From the NCBI GenBank assembly GCA_964035545.1, contig OZ037771.1, positions 7,679,208-7,743,207 of the forward strand: a stretch of DNA of 64,000 nucleotides, written 5' to 3'. Positions 39,101 to 49,256 of this stretch are shown here, one piece after another (position 1 is the first letter of the stretch; each line of letters starts with the position of its first letter). The notes beneath the pieces are model-generated. The model was given only the letters and a program-made list of their open reading frames with translations. It was not told the DNA's origin and did no database searches. The translations under genes were made by a program, and so were the position numbers. Origin of the DNA: Bugula neritina (Eukaryota > Animalia > Bryozoa).

Positions 39101-42100
39101 GCCTTAGAAAAAACTTCAATAACCTTTTGGAATTACTCTCAATTGTAAATTGTTCTTTTCATGTTATTGCCATAAGTGAAACTTTTCTCTACTCCAACGA
39201 ATGCAATTACTTTCCGATTTCAAATTACTCTTATATAGGCTCATGCCGTGACTCCAGAGCAGGTGGATGTGGGATATATGTGCACAGTGGCCTGGCTGTA
39301 ATTGAAAAACTAGAGCCATTAATTGAGGGTTCAGAGGCAATCTCTTTGTTAGTGGCCGGCTTGGATGAAGTCCCATTACGTATTACTGCCATATATAGAC
39401 AACCTTCGTCTGACACTGGTAGGTTCACTGATGACCTGCACAATTTTTTACACTCTATTTCTCATACTGATCACAATCACATTATCACTGGTGATATTAA
39501 TATTGATATACTTAAGCAAGAATCTGATAGCTACACTGACCTATTACATCAATACAGCTACACTCATTTAATAGAGCACCCAACTCGCACTACCCAAACC
39601 TCCAGCTCTTGTATAGATCACATAGCCATAAATTTCTACAGTAGTAACGTCATTAGTGGTACACTTGATAAAGATATCTCAGATCACTTTCCGGTATTTG
39701 CCTTTTTTGAGAATCTTGTGCAACCTAAATCTCAAACCTTCAAAAGACGCAGTTATAGATCACTTTGTGATATACAGCTAAAACAAGAGTTTCAAAACTG
39801 TGACTGGAGCAAACTAGTATTTAAACATAATGATCCAATAGTAGCATACAGAAATTTCTTGAACGAAACATCTCATATATTTAACAAATTGGCACCTTTT
39901 CAAGAAAGGACTTTCCATTTCAATAGAAAAAAGGTGAATAACTGGATCACGGATCGTTTAAAAAAAGAAATTCACAAAAAAGACAGGCTTTTTTCACAAC
40001 ACAAAGCTTTTCCATACAGCCCAAAACTTAAGCAAGCCTACATTAAGCAAAGAAACAAAGTATCAACCTTAATTAAACAAGCCAAGTATAACTACTATGA
40101 TAAGCTGATTTCTAACCAAGCAGACTCCAGAAAGCTTTGGAATACAATCAACAATGCTTGTGGAAGAAAATCAACCTCTCCAAGCTTTCCAGTAAAGCTA
40201 AAAGCTGACTCAGAAATCATTACCCACCATACAGAAATAGCAAACTATATAAACAATTATTTCACTAACATTGGAAAGAACTTAGCCGATAAAATACCAA
40301 GTGTTCCTGAGATCCCAGTCAATGCCAAAGATTGTCCTTCATTTTATTTTCAGCTGGTAGACAAAAACAGAGTTTTAACTGAACTAAAAAATTTGAATGA
40401 AAATAAATCAGAAGGCTTAGACTTGATCCCAGCGAGGCTAGTTAAACAAAGTGCAACTTACCTTTGTCAGCCTCTCACACATATTATAAACTTGATAATT
40501 AAATCAGGTGTCATTCCTAATGAACTGAAAGTAGCCAAGATTTTGCCATTTTACAAAAATAAAGGTGACAAACTTTTATGTAGTAATTATCGGCCTATCT
40601 CAATACTTCCAGTTTACTCTAAAATACTTGAAAAAATAATCTGCAAGCAATTAAATGAACATTTAAACCTACACAAAATTTTGTCGGTTTCTCAATTTGG
40701 CTTCCAACAGAAGAAGGGTGCACAAGACGCACTGATTAAGTTTTCAGACCAATCCTTCAAAGCACTTAATGACTCATCAGTAATATTGGGTATTTTCATT
40801 GATTTCTCAAAAGCATTCGATACAATCAACCACAATATTTTGCTACAGAAACTACGAGATTACAATTTTGATTCTCACTCCATAAGTTTAATCCAAAACT
40901 ACTTGACCAATCGAACACAGCATGTTATAATAGAGAACAGTATATCCAATTCCTTGCATATTACCTGTGGAGTTCCCCAGGGCTCTATCTTGGGCCCTGT
41001 GCTCTTTCTGCTGTACATAAATGATTTAGCTACCCATTGTCCTTTATTTGATACTATTCTGTTTGCAGACGACACAAATCTTTTTTGGAAGAGCAAAGAT
41101 TTAAATGCTGATATTGGAAATATAAACTCCTCACTAAATAAAGTTAATAACTGGTGCATTGCAAACAAACTAACTCTAAACTTAACGAAAACAAACTATA
41201 TCATTGTTAAAAACTACCAAAAGAATTTTGTACTTAACAGTACCATCCATATTGACAATATACCTCTCTCGCCTAGCTCAGAAATAAAATTTTTAGGTGT
41301 AGTCATCGACATTAACTTAAACTGGTGTGCTCATATAAATTCTTTAAGGACTCAGCTCAACAAAGTAACTGGTATGATATACTTAGCTTCAAAGTTTTTA
41401 CCATACAAAGCTTTGATTTTATTATATAACAGTCTGATAAACAGCAAACTTACATATTGCTTAGAAGCCTGGGGAAATGCCCCTAAAACCCACCTGAACA
41501 AGTTGCTTTTAATTCAAAAACGCATTATTCGCATTATTTTCCACAAATCACCTACTGAACACACGTCACCTCTATTTATCAAAGCAGAAATTCTTCCTAT
41601 TGATCTCTTGTATATCTACCGTCTATGTCTTCTTGGTCATTCAGCTTATTATACTCCATCTCACACCAAACAACCACCAAATTACCTCACCAGACATTCT
41701 GAACTTTCCTTACCCTTACCTCTCTCTAACTCCGCAGCAGGTCATCGACAAGTGTCCTACCAGATGTCTAGCAATTGGAATAAACTACCTCTGACTTTAA
41801 GACATCATCAAAGCTTTGCCACATTTAAAATATTGTTGAAAAAGCACCTACTAAAATCTTTAACTTAATCTAAATAAATAGTTCGCACTATTTTTTCAAC
41901 TGCCACTTGGGCCCCGCTCCTTGAATAGCTATGCTACTGAGCACATGGGCCCCCATCTTGATATTATATATAAATTGAATTTAGCTCTTTTTGTGTTACT
42001 GTTGTATATTTGTATTTTTTTGTCCTTTTTGTTTTTTTTTTGATGGAAATAAAGAAAACAAACAAACAAACAAACAAACAAACAAACATAACTCACCTGT

Positions 42101-45100
42101 CAGGTAATGTGTGTAAGTCACAGCCCCGTAGACGTAACTCTGTAAGTGACTTCATCTTTGGTATCACCTCAGGTAATGTTCCTAACTTATTACCAGACAC
42201 AACTAATGTGTGTAGATGTGTGAGTTGGGAGAGACTGTAATATACATACAATATACCATGACTATAATTACACAAGTTACAGGAATATTATGTTAAACAT
42301 ACTGTGAGTTTATTCTGAACTGTTGCTTTGTAAGTATAGATTGCCAGTTAATTGTGTGCAGTAAGGATAGCCAAAAGAGAATAGGCAGTTTCAACATGTG
42401 GCAAACATATAGAAAGAGTCCTGGTTGCGCAATGCTGACATCCTGTAGTTTGTAATGGAAAGTAAAAAGTATTCAAAAGATGGAAAACCTCTAGGTGTGG
42501 TGACGATGAAGAGAAGGGAAAGATCACAGAGAAAGCATACGGAGAGAAGAAATAACAGACAACAAATAAAATTGTAACAGCCAAAGAGAAGGCATATGGG
42601 ACAGTCTATGAATACTTACTTACAAGAGATCGAAGCAAAAAACCTATACACCTATATACCTATAAGAACCTGTATATACCTAGATACAAGTTGGTCAAAA
42701 CAAGAAAAAGACGATTATTGGATATTAATAGAATGAAATTGTGACTATAATCCATCAGAATGGAGACAGCATAAATGAGAATGTCAAGACACATCTTTAG
42801 GATAATTTATGAGGAGCATATGGAAAATGATGTGATTAGATAACAGGTTGGGGTGAAATGAATGTCTATAAACATGAGGAAAAACATCTGCAGTGGTATT
42901 GCGATGTTTGCAGCAAAGATGGTGATATTAGCTTCAACTTCAATGAATAAGAATCAATGGTATAATGGATATGAAGAATCTGACAAATTGAAACATACAA
43001 TATAATCCAACAAGAAAGGAGGGTGGTCTAGGCCAGTGGCTCCCAGCCTTTTTCCTACTATTCCCCTATTTAATAAATGTTGACTACCGTATTAATTTCC
43101 TCCCCCCCCCCTTTTCGTAAAGTAAAAAAGTTTCATGACTGACATAATGACAATATAGGATACGATACAATATGGTTTGTTCTATTAAAATATAATTATA
43201 ATAATTGTTATATTATCGTTATTATGTTATGCATGTATAGAACAAGGAGCAGTTCAATTTATAATGATTCTTTTGTGCCAGCTTGCATAAGTCTGCATTG
43301 CTGTTTTTGGCCATGCCCATCTTAATTCACTCTGCAGATTAGGGCAGTTTCTCTTCTCTTTGAGCTAATGAGAATCCTACCTCACTTGGAAAGATGGCGC
43401 TGGGTGGCACCAAAATTCTACTTTGTCAGCTATGTGTGGGGAGAGTTTGCTAGTTAAAACCCAAAATGATTTCAGGGGAAAATGGCACAAATGGAGAAGT
43501 AGGTAAGACTGGCACACTGATGGTAAACTTTTCCAAACCCCCACCCGGCCATTAAAATTGAACCCCAAACCAAAACCTCCAAATTGTATTCAAACCCAAA
43601 GTCCTCACCTCAAATCCCACCCCCAAACTCCAAACGCTCACCCCAATATTCAAAATGTGCCATTTTTACACACTTTTTAATTTTTGCCATTATTACCTGT
43701 GCCTTTTATACCAGACACCACCCACAATACATCAATTCAAGAAGAATTCAAATCAACCTTCATTGCTGAATTGTAAACCAACTCAATGAAATCCTCTTGT
43801 AATTCTTCTGGATTCTTTTAACAGAACGTTGCAATAGATCACATGTCAAGCTAAGAATCAAGCTCTTTCTTTTTGAGAGTTAGCTCAGAAAAATATTGTT
43901 AAAACTCCAATAAAAGTTCAGAGAGATCCGCAGAAGTTTTTTGGAGAAAGAACCTGAAACAAGTGGTGTTCGGTAAAAGTGGCACAGGTAGTAGTGGCGC
44001 AGGTAGTAGTGAAACAAATGGAAAATTGAGTAAAAATGGCACATTTTCAATATTAAAGTTGAAGATTTGGGGTTGGGAGTTCAAGATGGAGGGTTTCGGG
44101 TTCAGCATGGGGGGTTTGAGAAAATTTAACACCAGTGTGCCGGTTTTACTTAACATCAGAACAGGTTCTTTTCCTAAAATAGTTCATGGAGTGTGGGGAA
44201 AGACACCATATTTTTGATAGACTCCACAACTTTAGTGTAATTTTGAAAACATTGATGCTGCAATGCAAAGCAATGATAAGATTATTGCACTCCTGTATTT
44301 TTAGGTTCAAATTATTTAGTGTAGCAAATATAGTCACTAGGTTTGATACTTGTATTATGTATGTATGGTATATTATAGAGATTGGCTTGCTTAAAGTTGG
44401 CCTATTGGTTTTTGCAAACTTTTGACATCCATTCAAAGTAGTACAGAGAACAGTCAGGGTAGAGTAATTAATAAACACATTCATGTTGAAGTAAACCGAG
44501 ATTGCAGAATATAGTTTGGTTAAATAGATTAACTAAGATGAAGGTTTATAGATATGCATGTACATGTATGTAACATGCAAAAGCTCAAAAAAGCCTTCAA
44601 TAAACTGCGTGAATTTCTTAAAATCTAAATCCCCCCTAAAAAGCCCAAACTCTTCTCTAGGGGAGAATTCCCTCCAGGCTGGGAACCACTGGTCTAGGCA
44701 AAAAGGGTGGGAGGTTTGTTTAAGAATAATATCCACTTTATCACTGGAGAGTTGGTATGCTGGGACTACTATTATCATTTCTGTTATACTCTATTATATA
44801 TGTACATAGAATTAGAACACAGAGAGAATGTAATATACATACAACTTAAGTGATTAGAGTTTAGACCAAAGTAAATGTGGGAAGAAAGTGCTTTTTAAGA
44901 GATTAGATGATTCAGTGTAAGAAATTACTAAATCAATGCTAAAACAATTTTCCAATTGAGAATAATATTCAATTTATTACTAAATAGTTGGTATGCTGGA
45001 ACTACTAGTATCAGTTATATTATACTTTATTATATGTTTACATAATAGTAGAACATATATAACTAATATATCTCACCTGTCTGGTAATGTATGTAAGTCA

Positions 45101-48100
45101 CAGTGCTCTAGATGTAACTCTGTAAGTGACTCCATCTTTGGTATCACCTCAGGTAATGTTCCTAACTTATTCTCAGTAACATCTAATGTGTGTAGATGTG
45201 TGAGTTGGGAGAGACTGTAATATACATACAATATACCATGACTATAATTATACAAATGACAGGAATATTATATGGTAGATATGCAGTGAATATAATTTAT
45301 TATTGCCTTGTTAGTATGAATTGGGTAAGTTATTTGCATTTAAGAATTATATTTACTTATTACTAGAGAGTTGGTATGCTGGGACTACTAGTATCAGTTC
45401 TATTATACTTTATTATATGTTTACATAATAGCAGACAATATATAACTAATATATCTCACCTGTCAGGTAATGTATGTAAGTCACAGCCCCGTAGATGTAA
45501 CTTTGTAAGTGACTCCATCTTTGGTATCACCTCAGGTAATGTTCCTAACATATTACCAGACACAACTAATGTGTGTAGATGTGTGAGTTGAGAGAGACTG
45601 TAATATACATACAATAAACGATGACTATAATTATACAAGTTACAGGAATATTATGTTAAACATACTATGAGGTTATATAAGGCAAAGAACATAAATAAGG
45701 ACTGAGAAAAATACAGCTAACTGCCTGAGACTAGGAAGTTGGAACTTTAATGACCCTCCTAGCTGTTCCCAACTTCAAGCTTCTCGGCCACTGCCAATGG
45801 GCCATGCAATTTCCAGATGATGTAATGCTGTGCAATGGATAGGCAAATAGAGTGATAGGTTAGAAAAAGAGAAAAAAAAATTAGAAGATGCTGGACTAAA
45901 GCTGAGCAGAACCAAGACTGAGTACATGCTATCAGTGAGAATAGATAACAAGGAGAAGAAAAAATACTATGGCTGAGATAACTATAGTGATCTGCCTGAG
46001 ACTAGTGCTTTCAAATGTCTTGCAACTATAATAATCAGAATGGTGGGTTGTGGCCTTGAAGTAGCTAGGAGGATGGGAGTGGCTTGGGACAAGTGGAAGG
46101 ATCTCTCAGAAGTGCTGTGTGATAAGAAGGTATCAACTAAACATACAGTACTTCTGTTTAGAATATCCATTCTGTATGGTAATGAAACCTGGTCAGTTAC
46201 TCATGGGATAGAAGACGGGATGAAGTCAGTAGAAATGATACACAATTTTGGAATAACTTACGAGGAGCACATTGAACATGATGTGATTAGATAACAAACT
46301 GAGGTGAAACGAATATCTACAGACATGAGAAGACAACTGCAACAGTATGGACATGTTTGTAGGAAAAAAGACGATATTAGTCTCAATTACAATGTATAGA
46401 AGTCAATGGTAAACAGACACAAAGAAGAATCTGTCTAATGGAAACATACAATATAATCTAACAAGAAATGAGGGTGGTCTAGGCAAGAAAGGTGGGAGGT
46501 TTGTTGATGAATTGTATCCACTTTATCACTAGAGAGTTGGTATGCTGGGACTACTAGTATCAGTTCTATTATACTTTATTATATGTTTACATAATAGTAG
46601 CCAATATATAACTAATATATCTCACCTGTCTGGTAATGCATGTAAGTCACAGAACTGTAGATGTAACTCTGTAAGTGACTCCATCTTTGGTATCACCTCA
46701 GGTAATGTTCCTAACTTATTACGAGACACAACTAATTTGTGTAGATGTGTGAGTTGGGAGAGACTGTAATATACATACAATAAACCATGACTATAATTAT
46801 ACAGGTTACAGAAATATTATGTGAAACATGTTGTGAGTTTCTATTATTTCTGCTCTGCAAGTATGAATTGTGTCAGTTATTTGTGTTCATGAATTCTGTT
46901 CACTACTAGAGAGTTGGTATGCTGGGACTACTAGTATCAGTTTTATTCTACTCTTCTATATATTTACATATAATTAGAACACGGAGAGAATGTAGTATAC
47001 GTACAAAATTACCAATTAGACCAAAGTCAGTATGGGAAGAAAGTGTTTTTTAAGAGATTAGGTAATTTGGTGTAACAAATTGCTAAATCAAAAGCAGTTG
47101 CAATAATTTTCTTGTAAAGAGAATATTGAAGATGGGTTTTACTCTGTATGACCAGGTTTTGCTGCCAAGGCAGCCACCTGAGAATTACTGATTACAGAAG
47201 GAGAAAAAACTGGAGACAAAACAAGAGAGAATAAATCTTCGTAGTTTCAATTCACTTAAACTTGACTCTGGTGCAAGTAAATTGTGATGCAGTATAAAAC
47301 TGGCCATATGTGTGATAGTAGCTGTAGGGCAGGCAATAAAAGGTAGGCCTGAGTAATGAAAAGTCCAACAATTACTTTGAGATAATAAGAATAAAGTATT
47401 CACAGCCCTGGACTAAGTATAAAGTGATTATAAAAGCTGGGGATACAATTGAGATAATGCTGATAGGTAGGAAGGGAGATCTTATGTCAGAGTGATTCTA
47501 GATTATTACTCATCTGTATATATAAACTATAGCTGTGTTCAGAATATATTAAATATAGTTGATTGTTTTACTCCATATTTCATTACATCTAAAAATATAG
47601 AATTTCATTTCACAATTTCAGCCACTCAAACAACTTCTAAAGCACGGATAATACACTAGAAGGAACGGAGACAAAACTAATAGCAGTGAATACTTTGAAG
47701 AATATGAAACAAACCTAAGGCTACAAGCTGTGCAGGTAAGATTATATTTGATTTGTGATTTTCTCAATGAATATATAACTATCCATTTCTCTACTGGCAG
47801 AATAAACATTAAAGTTATCCCCACATGCAGGTAATCAGCTATGATGTGTGATTCACCAGAAGTCATTGTTGACCTCTTCCCCAGCAGCTTCAGCTCAAAC
47901 TAATATAATTCCATTTCAGTGCAATAGTGGAAAAAATTCAATACTCTTCAAATTCAATTTTTTATGGGTTTTTATGAATTTCTTTTTAGGGGTTTGGTTG
48001 AACATAATTTAGTTTGCACTTTTTCTCATCAAGCACACAGACTTTTCCAAATTTCCTAATAAATTCTACCCTTACTGCACTCGCTTTTATAATTCAAGGA

Positions 48101-49256
48101 GAACAGAATGATTACTCAGGTGCAGTAGAGATATGAAGGAATATTGCTGACATGCCATACAAGTATAACTCACCAAACATTTCAACATTTCAGTAAATAG
48201 TCAGTGAGTCACAACTGAAAATTCTACAGCAAGATGCACAGCTCAAGTATAAGTTATTATCCAAAGAGAAGTCATGCTCTAGAGTCTAACAAAGTAATGA
48301 TAGACTTACTATTCTAAACTGTTGATACTGGTTAGCCTTCGAATACGCAAGTTAGTTACAAGTGGAGCAAACTCTGTAACAGCAGGTGGCAGATCTCCCT
48401 CTATCTTTAGGTCAGTGATCACATGACCTGAACAAAGCTTTTTTATTTCCTCCTTTGAATAGAGTTCTGTAGGTTTGAGGAATAAGTCTTTGACATCAAT
48501 AGGCTCTATACCAGAGTGCCTCCACCAACAGCTGTATGTTTCTGCTAAAAACAAATGTTCTAGTTTTAGTATATACGTACCCAATAATACAGTAAATATA
48601 ACAGCATCCGGTTTATAGTACATTTATCTATGTTAAAATTCTAATAGTATACAGTGCATCAATTTACTGTTGAATTACTTATATAATAATTGAAAGTATA
48701 ATCCAGCAGTAAATATATTCCTATATTCAAAGAGAGAAACATACTAATTGTTGAGTCATCAACATGAAGATTAATAGGAATAATACTGAGACTTTCTTCA
48801 ACTTTTTATATCAGGTAGACTGAAAACAAATGAGAAACTTATCTAATAGACAATGCTGATGCTTCTATTTAAGATTTCACATACAACATGTTGATAAGAA
48901 AACACTAGCAAGTATAAGAAATGGCAAGAATTAGAAATAAACTTGTTTTTAATGTGATCCAAAAATTTATCAACAGCTTCATTAAGCTACATGCAGATAA
49001 AAGTCACAGAAAGTGTACAGAAACACCATAGTATAAATATAGTTCAGAGAAGAAACTTAAAGGGGGATAACAAAGTCTTTATTTTCACTTTCAAGTTGGA
49101 AGATGTAATTGAAACCTATTCAGGTATATTTAAAGAATACTGTATTCAGGTGAATATTTTACCATTCTCCAGACCAACTAATATTGTATACGGACCTGTT
49201 TGTGAAGCTGCTGCTGTTACTTCATCCTCAGAACTGGTTACAGAGTTGGTAGCCAT
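22046..49256 (-). CDS. ROCO-caspase copy B: LRR-Roc-COR-caspase fusion, ~1269 aa. Coding exons: 49256-49196, 48544-48310, four LRR exons (46763-46626, 45597-45460, 45214-45077, 42234-42097), 36609-34688, 34587-34519, 34359-34187, 33145-32978, 32440-32221, 32092-31931, 23705-23596, 22183-22046
   Basis: Paralogue of copy A with the same intron positions and phases. Exons sum to 3810 nt (1270 codons) with no internal stop. The large TE insertions all fall in introns. Confidence 0.87.
22505..23500. repeat. 16-bp minisatellite (ATACTATGACTATATT)n in the last intron of copy B
   Basis: Longer array than in copy A, interrupted by a SINE. Confidence 0.9.
22690..22908 (-). mobile_element. tRNA-derived SINE inserted in the minisatellite
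   Basis: Minus strand begins GGGAGCAGCCGTAGTCTAGGGGTTAGAGC...GGGCTCGACCCC (A/B-box-like head). Confidence 0.65.
24206..25075 (+). CDS. gag: Gypsy Gag
   Basis: 289-aa ORF after the PBS with CCHC knuckle CWGCGSGGHFLRSC. Confidence 0.92.
   Translation: MADEVVDAPRQEPAAIEEDHIGGPALPMDRYHLRAPTFSGEEDVEQFITEFSDVADICGWPNRVTLIQLRLCLTGPAKPYGISQNVGDIFEAIRARFGLTARDARVQLQSLRRNPKTNLREHATVVERLAQVAYSDLPADGRQSLALDAFLQSINNLGLKQHLLVAEVETMERALRLGNAYFQADSASRPGATVQQVGADDVSTSSTKTAVQVAAAAADESSLTTSLIRELLAEFRQLRQQATAERPKRSSVAVADRRGPVCWGCGSGGHFLRSCPRGSGRRLNSDGPR
25027..29601 (+). CDS. pol: Gypsy Pol (protease-RT-RNase H-integrase), -1 frame relative to gag
   Basis: LDTG protease, YLDD RT, DTDAS RNase H, HHCC and DDE integrase; open frame with no stop. 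Confidence 0.96.
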   Translation: MPPRQWEAVKQRRPTVTSAYRGPEFNPPRQRLRPPPHRVRRPPSPEWQVPRRVSRPQGPPIPPAWALKNRFEGLLDEGVNDEWEHNRDFPRLPTRASVREFTRPPVCERDRDVPCPPMQRRRPPRNRKAQVHPQFHAHEVSPQETNRSVSAQPYGSSYFLPGKIAGKAATFLLDTGCTTNLLSRRLFDTLSAKDRASLEPYEGERGTLADGSCIPFYGVIQLTGRVRDQMISETFIVSQLKEDAILGMPFLKRHRCYIDFSKSAVVMAGRELACVDRFGRPLVGGVQVVQRCTVPGRSRATVRCRVNCREISELGVVEGALGGVQLANSLNRLDERREFLVQCVNPFTEPVELPAGSLVGKFHSVQEEDVGPALETAGGARGVPTRDGRGPVPEHVAELYEDACDGCESKRERLEMARLLSEYKDVFSCGDHDMGLTETVRHEIPLAAGMVPIRQPTRRLGPEKEREVSRQVQDLLNRDLIEPGHGAWSSPVVLVRKKDGSWRFCVDYRRLNSVTIQDAYPLPRIDESLDALAGSKFFSTLDLLSGYWQVPLSPEAQDKAAFITRDGLWKWKVLPFGLTSAPATFQRLMEQVLSGLHWKTLLIYLDDVIVISPDFDTHVSRLREVFDRLRAANLKLKPSKCALLQREVKYLGHVVGRDGVATDPEKVRAVRDWAVPVDLSELRAFLELVGYYRQYIPDFAGIAQPLNRLTAKGVRWQWTQAEQKAFDHLKDRLVEAPILAYPDPAKEYILDTDASNHNVGAVLSQVQDGREVVVAYYSKALSAPEKNYCTTRRELLAVVKAVKHFRPYLYGRTFRLRTDHASLIWLCRRAEPSSQVARWLEILAEFSYRIEHRPGKKHGNADGLSRRQADGCKQCQNIERRDGGPPRSDVEAQLGKAGVYSWEEGQLLSESPNKAVNNLHANPTLLRNVRELCRLQSTLPGVVADLVRAKKEGRRPSEAEQRVKSTEFKYFCDRWDSLRFNSDGLLTITLAVGTNRSERERVVCPSALRRELIWDTHKQAHAGASRVIRCLQLQWFWPGMTRDVRLRVRKCEVCQASKHGRPTETAGRRRLHAGRPWQVVAVDLVGPMPTTAKGNNWILVLTDHFTRWSDALAIPDASAPSVARALDQQVFCYFGLPEQIHSDQGAQFQSQLMSDLCRMWGVNQSRTTPYHPQGNGVVERNNRMLGDSLRSLLIGRSQEEWDLVLPQIMRAYRSTPHSSTLETPNFLMLGRETRVPEHVTYHVPNPESNVHDYVDKLVKRMGTAHEVLREQQWQVRSGDSDDPPLYKVGDWVWMTSHRRRRGQAAKLQPKFVGPYCVIEVMPNHTYKVERSGQVSVQNEARLKPHWASPDAAGQAPPLLEPARRPPMRGRPMAYREIEEILPDQDGAADAPADQPQPPPPQEEEVDTPEDLSEPAPPPVEPVDRPIVPDEMAIPQNHEEEAAGGGPPVLVDPPVLATPPVVEESPVVANSPVQLERSQRTRAPPSYLKDFLCDAVEKHPAAIIKEIWGDEQLRVAFPRYKETQL
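30300..30487. repeat. ~59-bp tandem repeat x3 in the Gypsy 3' region
   Basis: aagattcctgcatgaagt recurs at ~59-nt spacing. Confidence 0.85.
33381..33693. mobile_element. Palindromic MITE-like insert (right half deleted in copy A, ~4172-4340)
   Basis: Inverted arms acccatcattc...aaatatcagccatttt / aaaatggctgatattt...gaatgaagggt. Confidence 0.55.
33828..34163. repeat. 32-bp tandem repeat, ~11 copies (orthologous to 4346-4490)
   Basis: Direct repeats visible in sequence. Confidence 0.9.
34688..36609 (-). CDS. Large exon of copy B: last LRRs + Roc GTPase + COR
   Basis: ORF 34683..36581, highly similar to the copy A exon and 3 nt shorter. Confidence 0.92.
38279..38950 (+). CDS. LINE ORF1 (coiled-coil + nucleic-acid binding region)
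   Basis: ATG MPPKTR at 38279; coiled-coil segment; IIVKF, KIYINEYL and FKFAW motifs. Confidence 0.8.
   Translation: MPPKTRTDSTASDIDATMKEILQQLKKINNRIEIIEEKVDSIESSLNYHTEWKEVKEDMDQIKNTIPALKGKMEEHEIEKANKMAEIQGVPHHQDESLKDIVTKLAELNDVHLTPVNIDMVYRNKSKKSIIVKFIQTHICQDFIRSFKAKKNKSLTSKELGYKTASKIYINEYLLYPTRQLFHKVREYKKENNFKFAWTINQKVFLRETEGSKAIHIKSLSDL
39007..41868 (+). CDS. LINE ORF2 (AP endonuclease + reverse transcriptase)
   Basis: HCNIRSL, ISET, GDINID, SDHFP; IDFSKAFDT, GVPQGSILGP, FADDT. Confidence 0.96.
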   Translation: MELCNTSKHFTIDDLNNISCNDFRVLHCNIRSLRKNFNNLLELLSIVNCSFHVIAISETFLYSNECNYFPISNYSYIGSCRDSRAGGCGIYVHSGLAVIEKLEPLIEGSEAISLLVAGLDEVPLRITAIYRQPSSDTGRFTDDLHNFLHSISHTDHNHIITGDINIDILKQESDSYTDLLHQYSYTHLIEHPTRTTQTSSSCIDHIAINFYSSNVISGTLDKDISDHFPVFAFFENLVQPKSQTFKRRSYRSLCDIQLKQEFQNCDWSKLVFKHNDPIVAYRNFLNETSHIFNKLAPFQERTFHFNRKKVNNWITDRLKKEIHKKDRLFSQHKAFPYSPKLKQAYIKQRNKVSTLIKQAKYNYYDKLISNQADSRKLWNTINNACGRKSTSPSFPVKLKADSEIITHHTEIANYINNYFTNIGKNLADKIPSVPEIPVNAKDCPSFYFQLVDKNRVLTELKNLNENKSEGLDLIPARLVKQSATYLCQPLTHIINLIIKSGVIPNELKVAKILPFYKNKGDKLLCSNYRPISILPVYSKILEKIICKQLNEHLNLHKILSVSQFGFQQKKGAQDALIKFSDQSFKALNDSSVILGIFIDFSKAFDTINHNILLQKLRDYNFDSHSISLIQNYLTNRTQHVIIENSISNSLHITCGVPQGSILGPVLFLLYINDLATHCPLFDTILFADDTNLFWKSKDLNADIGNINSSLNKVNNWCIANKLTLNLTKTNYIIVKNYQKNFVLNSTIHIDNIPLSPSSEIKFLGVVIDINLNWCAHINSLRTQLNKVTGMIYLASKFLPYKALILLYNSLINSKLTYCLEAWGNAPKTHLNKLLLIQKRIIRIIFHKSPTEHTSPLFIKAEILPIDLLYIYRLCLLGHSAYYTPSHTKQPPNYLTRHSELSLPLPLSNSAAGHRQVSYQMSSNWNKLPLTLRHHQSFATFKILLKKHLLKSLT
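42097..42234 (-). CDS. LRR cassette exon B4 (VVSGN / ELRLRGCD)
   Basis: Same unit; the LINE tail lies about 10 nt inside the downstream intron. Confidence 0.87.
43034..44691. mobile_element. Non-autonomous hAT element with a nested inverted-repeat element (~43515-44140)
   Basis: TIR CAGTGGCTCCCAGCCT / AGGCTGGGAACCACTG; perfect 8-bp TSD GTCTAGGC (43026-43033, 44692-44699); empty site visible at ~46477. Confidence 0.88.
45077..45214 (-). CDS. LRR cassette exon B3 (DVTEN / ELHLEHCD)
   Basis: Same 138-nt phase 2-2 unit. Confidence 0.9.
45460..45597 (-). CDS. LRR cassette exon B2 (VVSGN / KLHLRGCD)
   Basis: Same 138-nt phase 2-2 unit. Confidence 0.9.
46626..46763 (-). CDS. LRR cassette exon B1 (KLVVSRN / ELHLQFCD); not in the ORF track
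   Basis: Translated by hand: LSQLTHLHKLVVSRNKLGTLPEVIPKMESLTELHLQFCDLHALPD, with cag|T acceptor and AG|gtgag donor. Confidence 0.9.

Larger units (their letters stand above)
38104..42087 (+). mobile_element. Full-length non-LTR retrotransposon (CR1/L2-type LINE) with (AAAC)n tail
   Basis: Intact ORF1 and ORF2; tail at 42054-42087; splits the conserved intron motif tatataactaa|ataactcacc. 5' end approximate. Confidence 0.92.
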
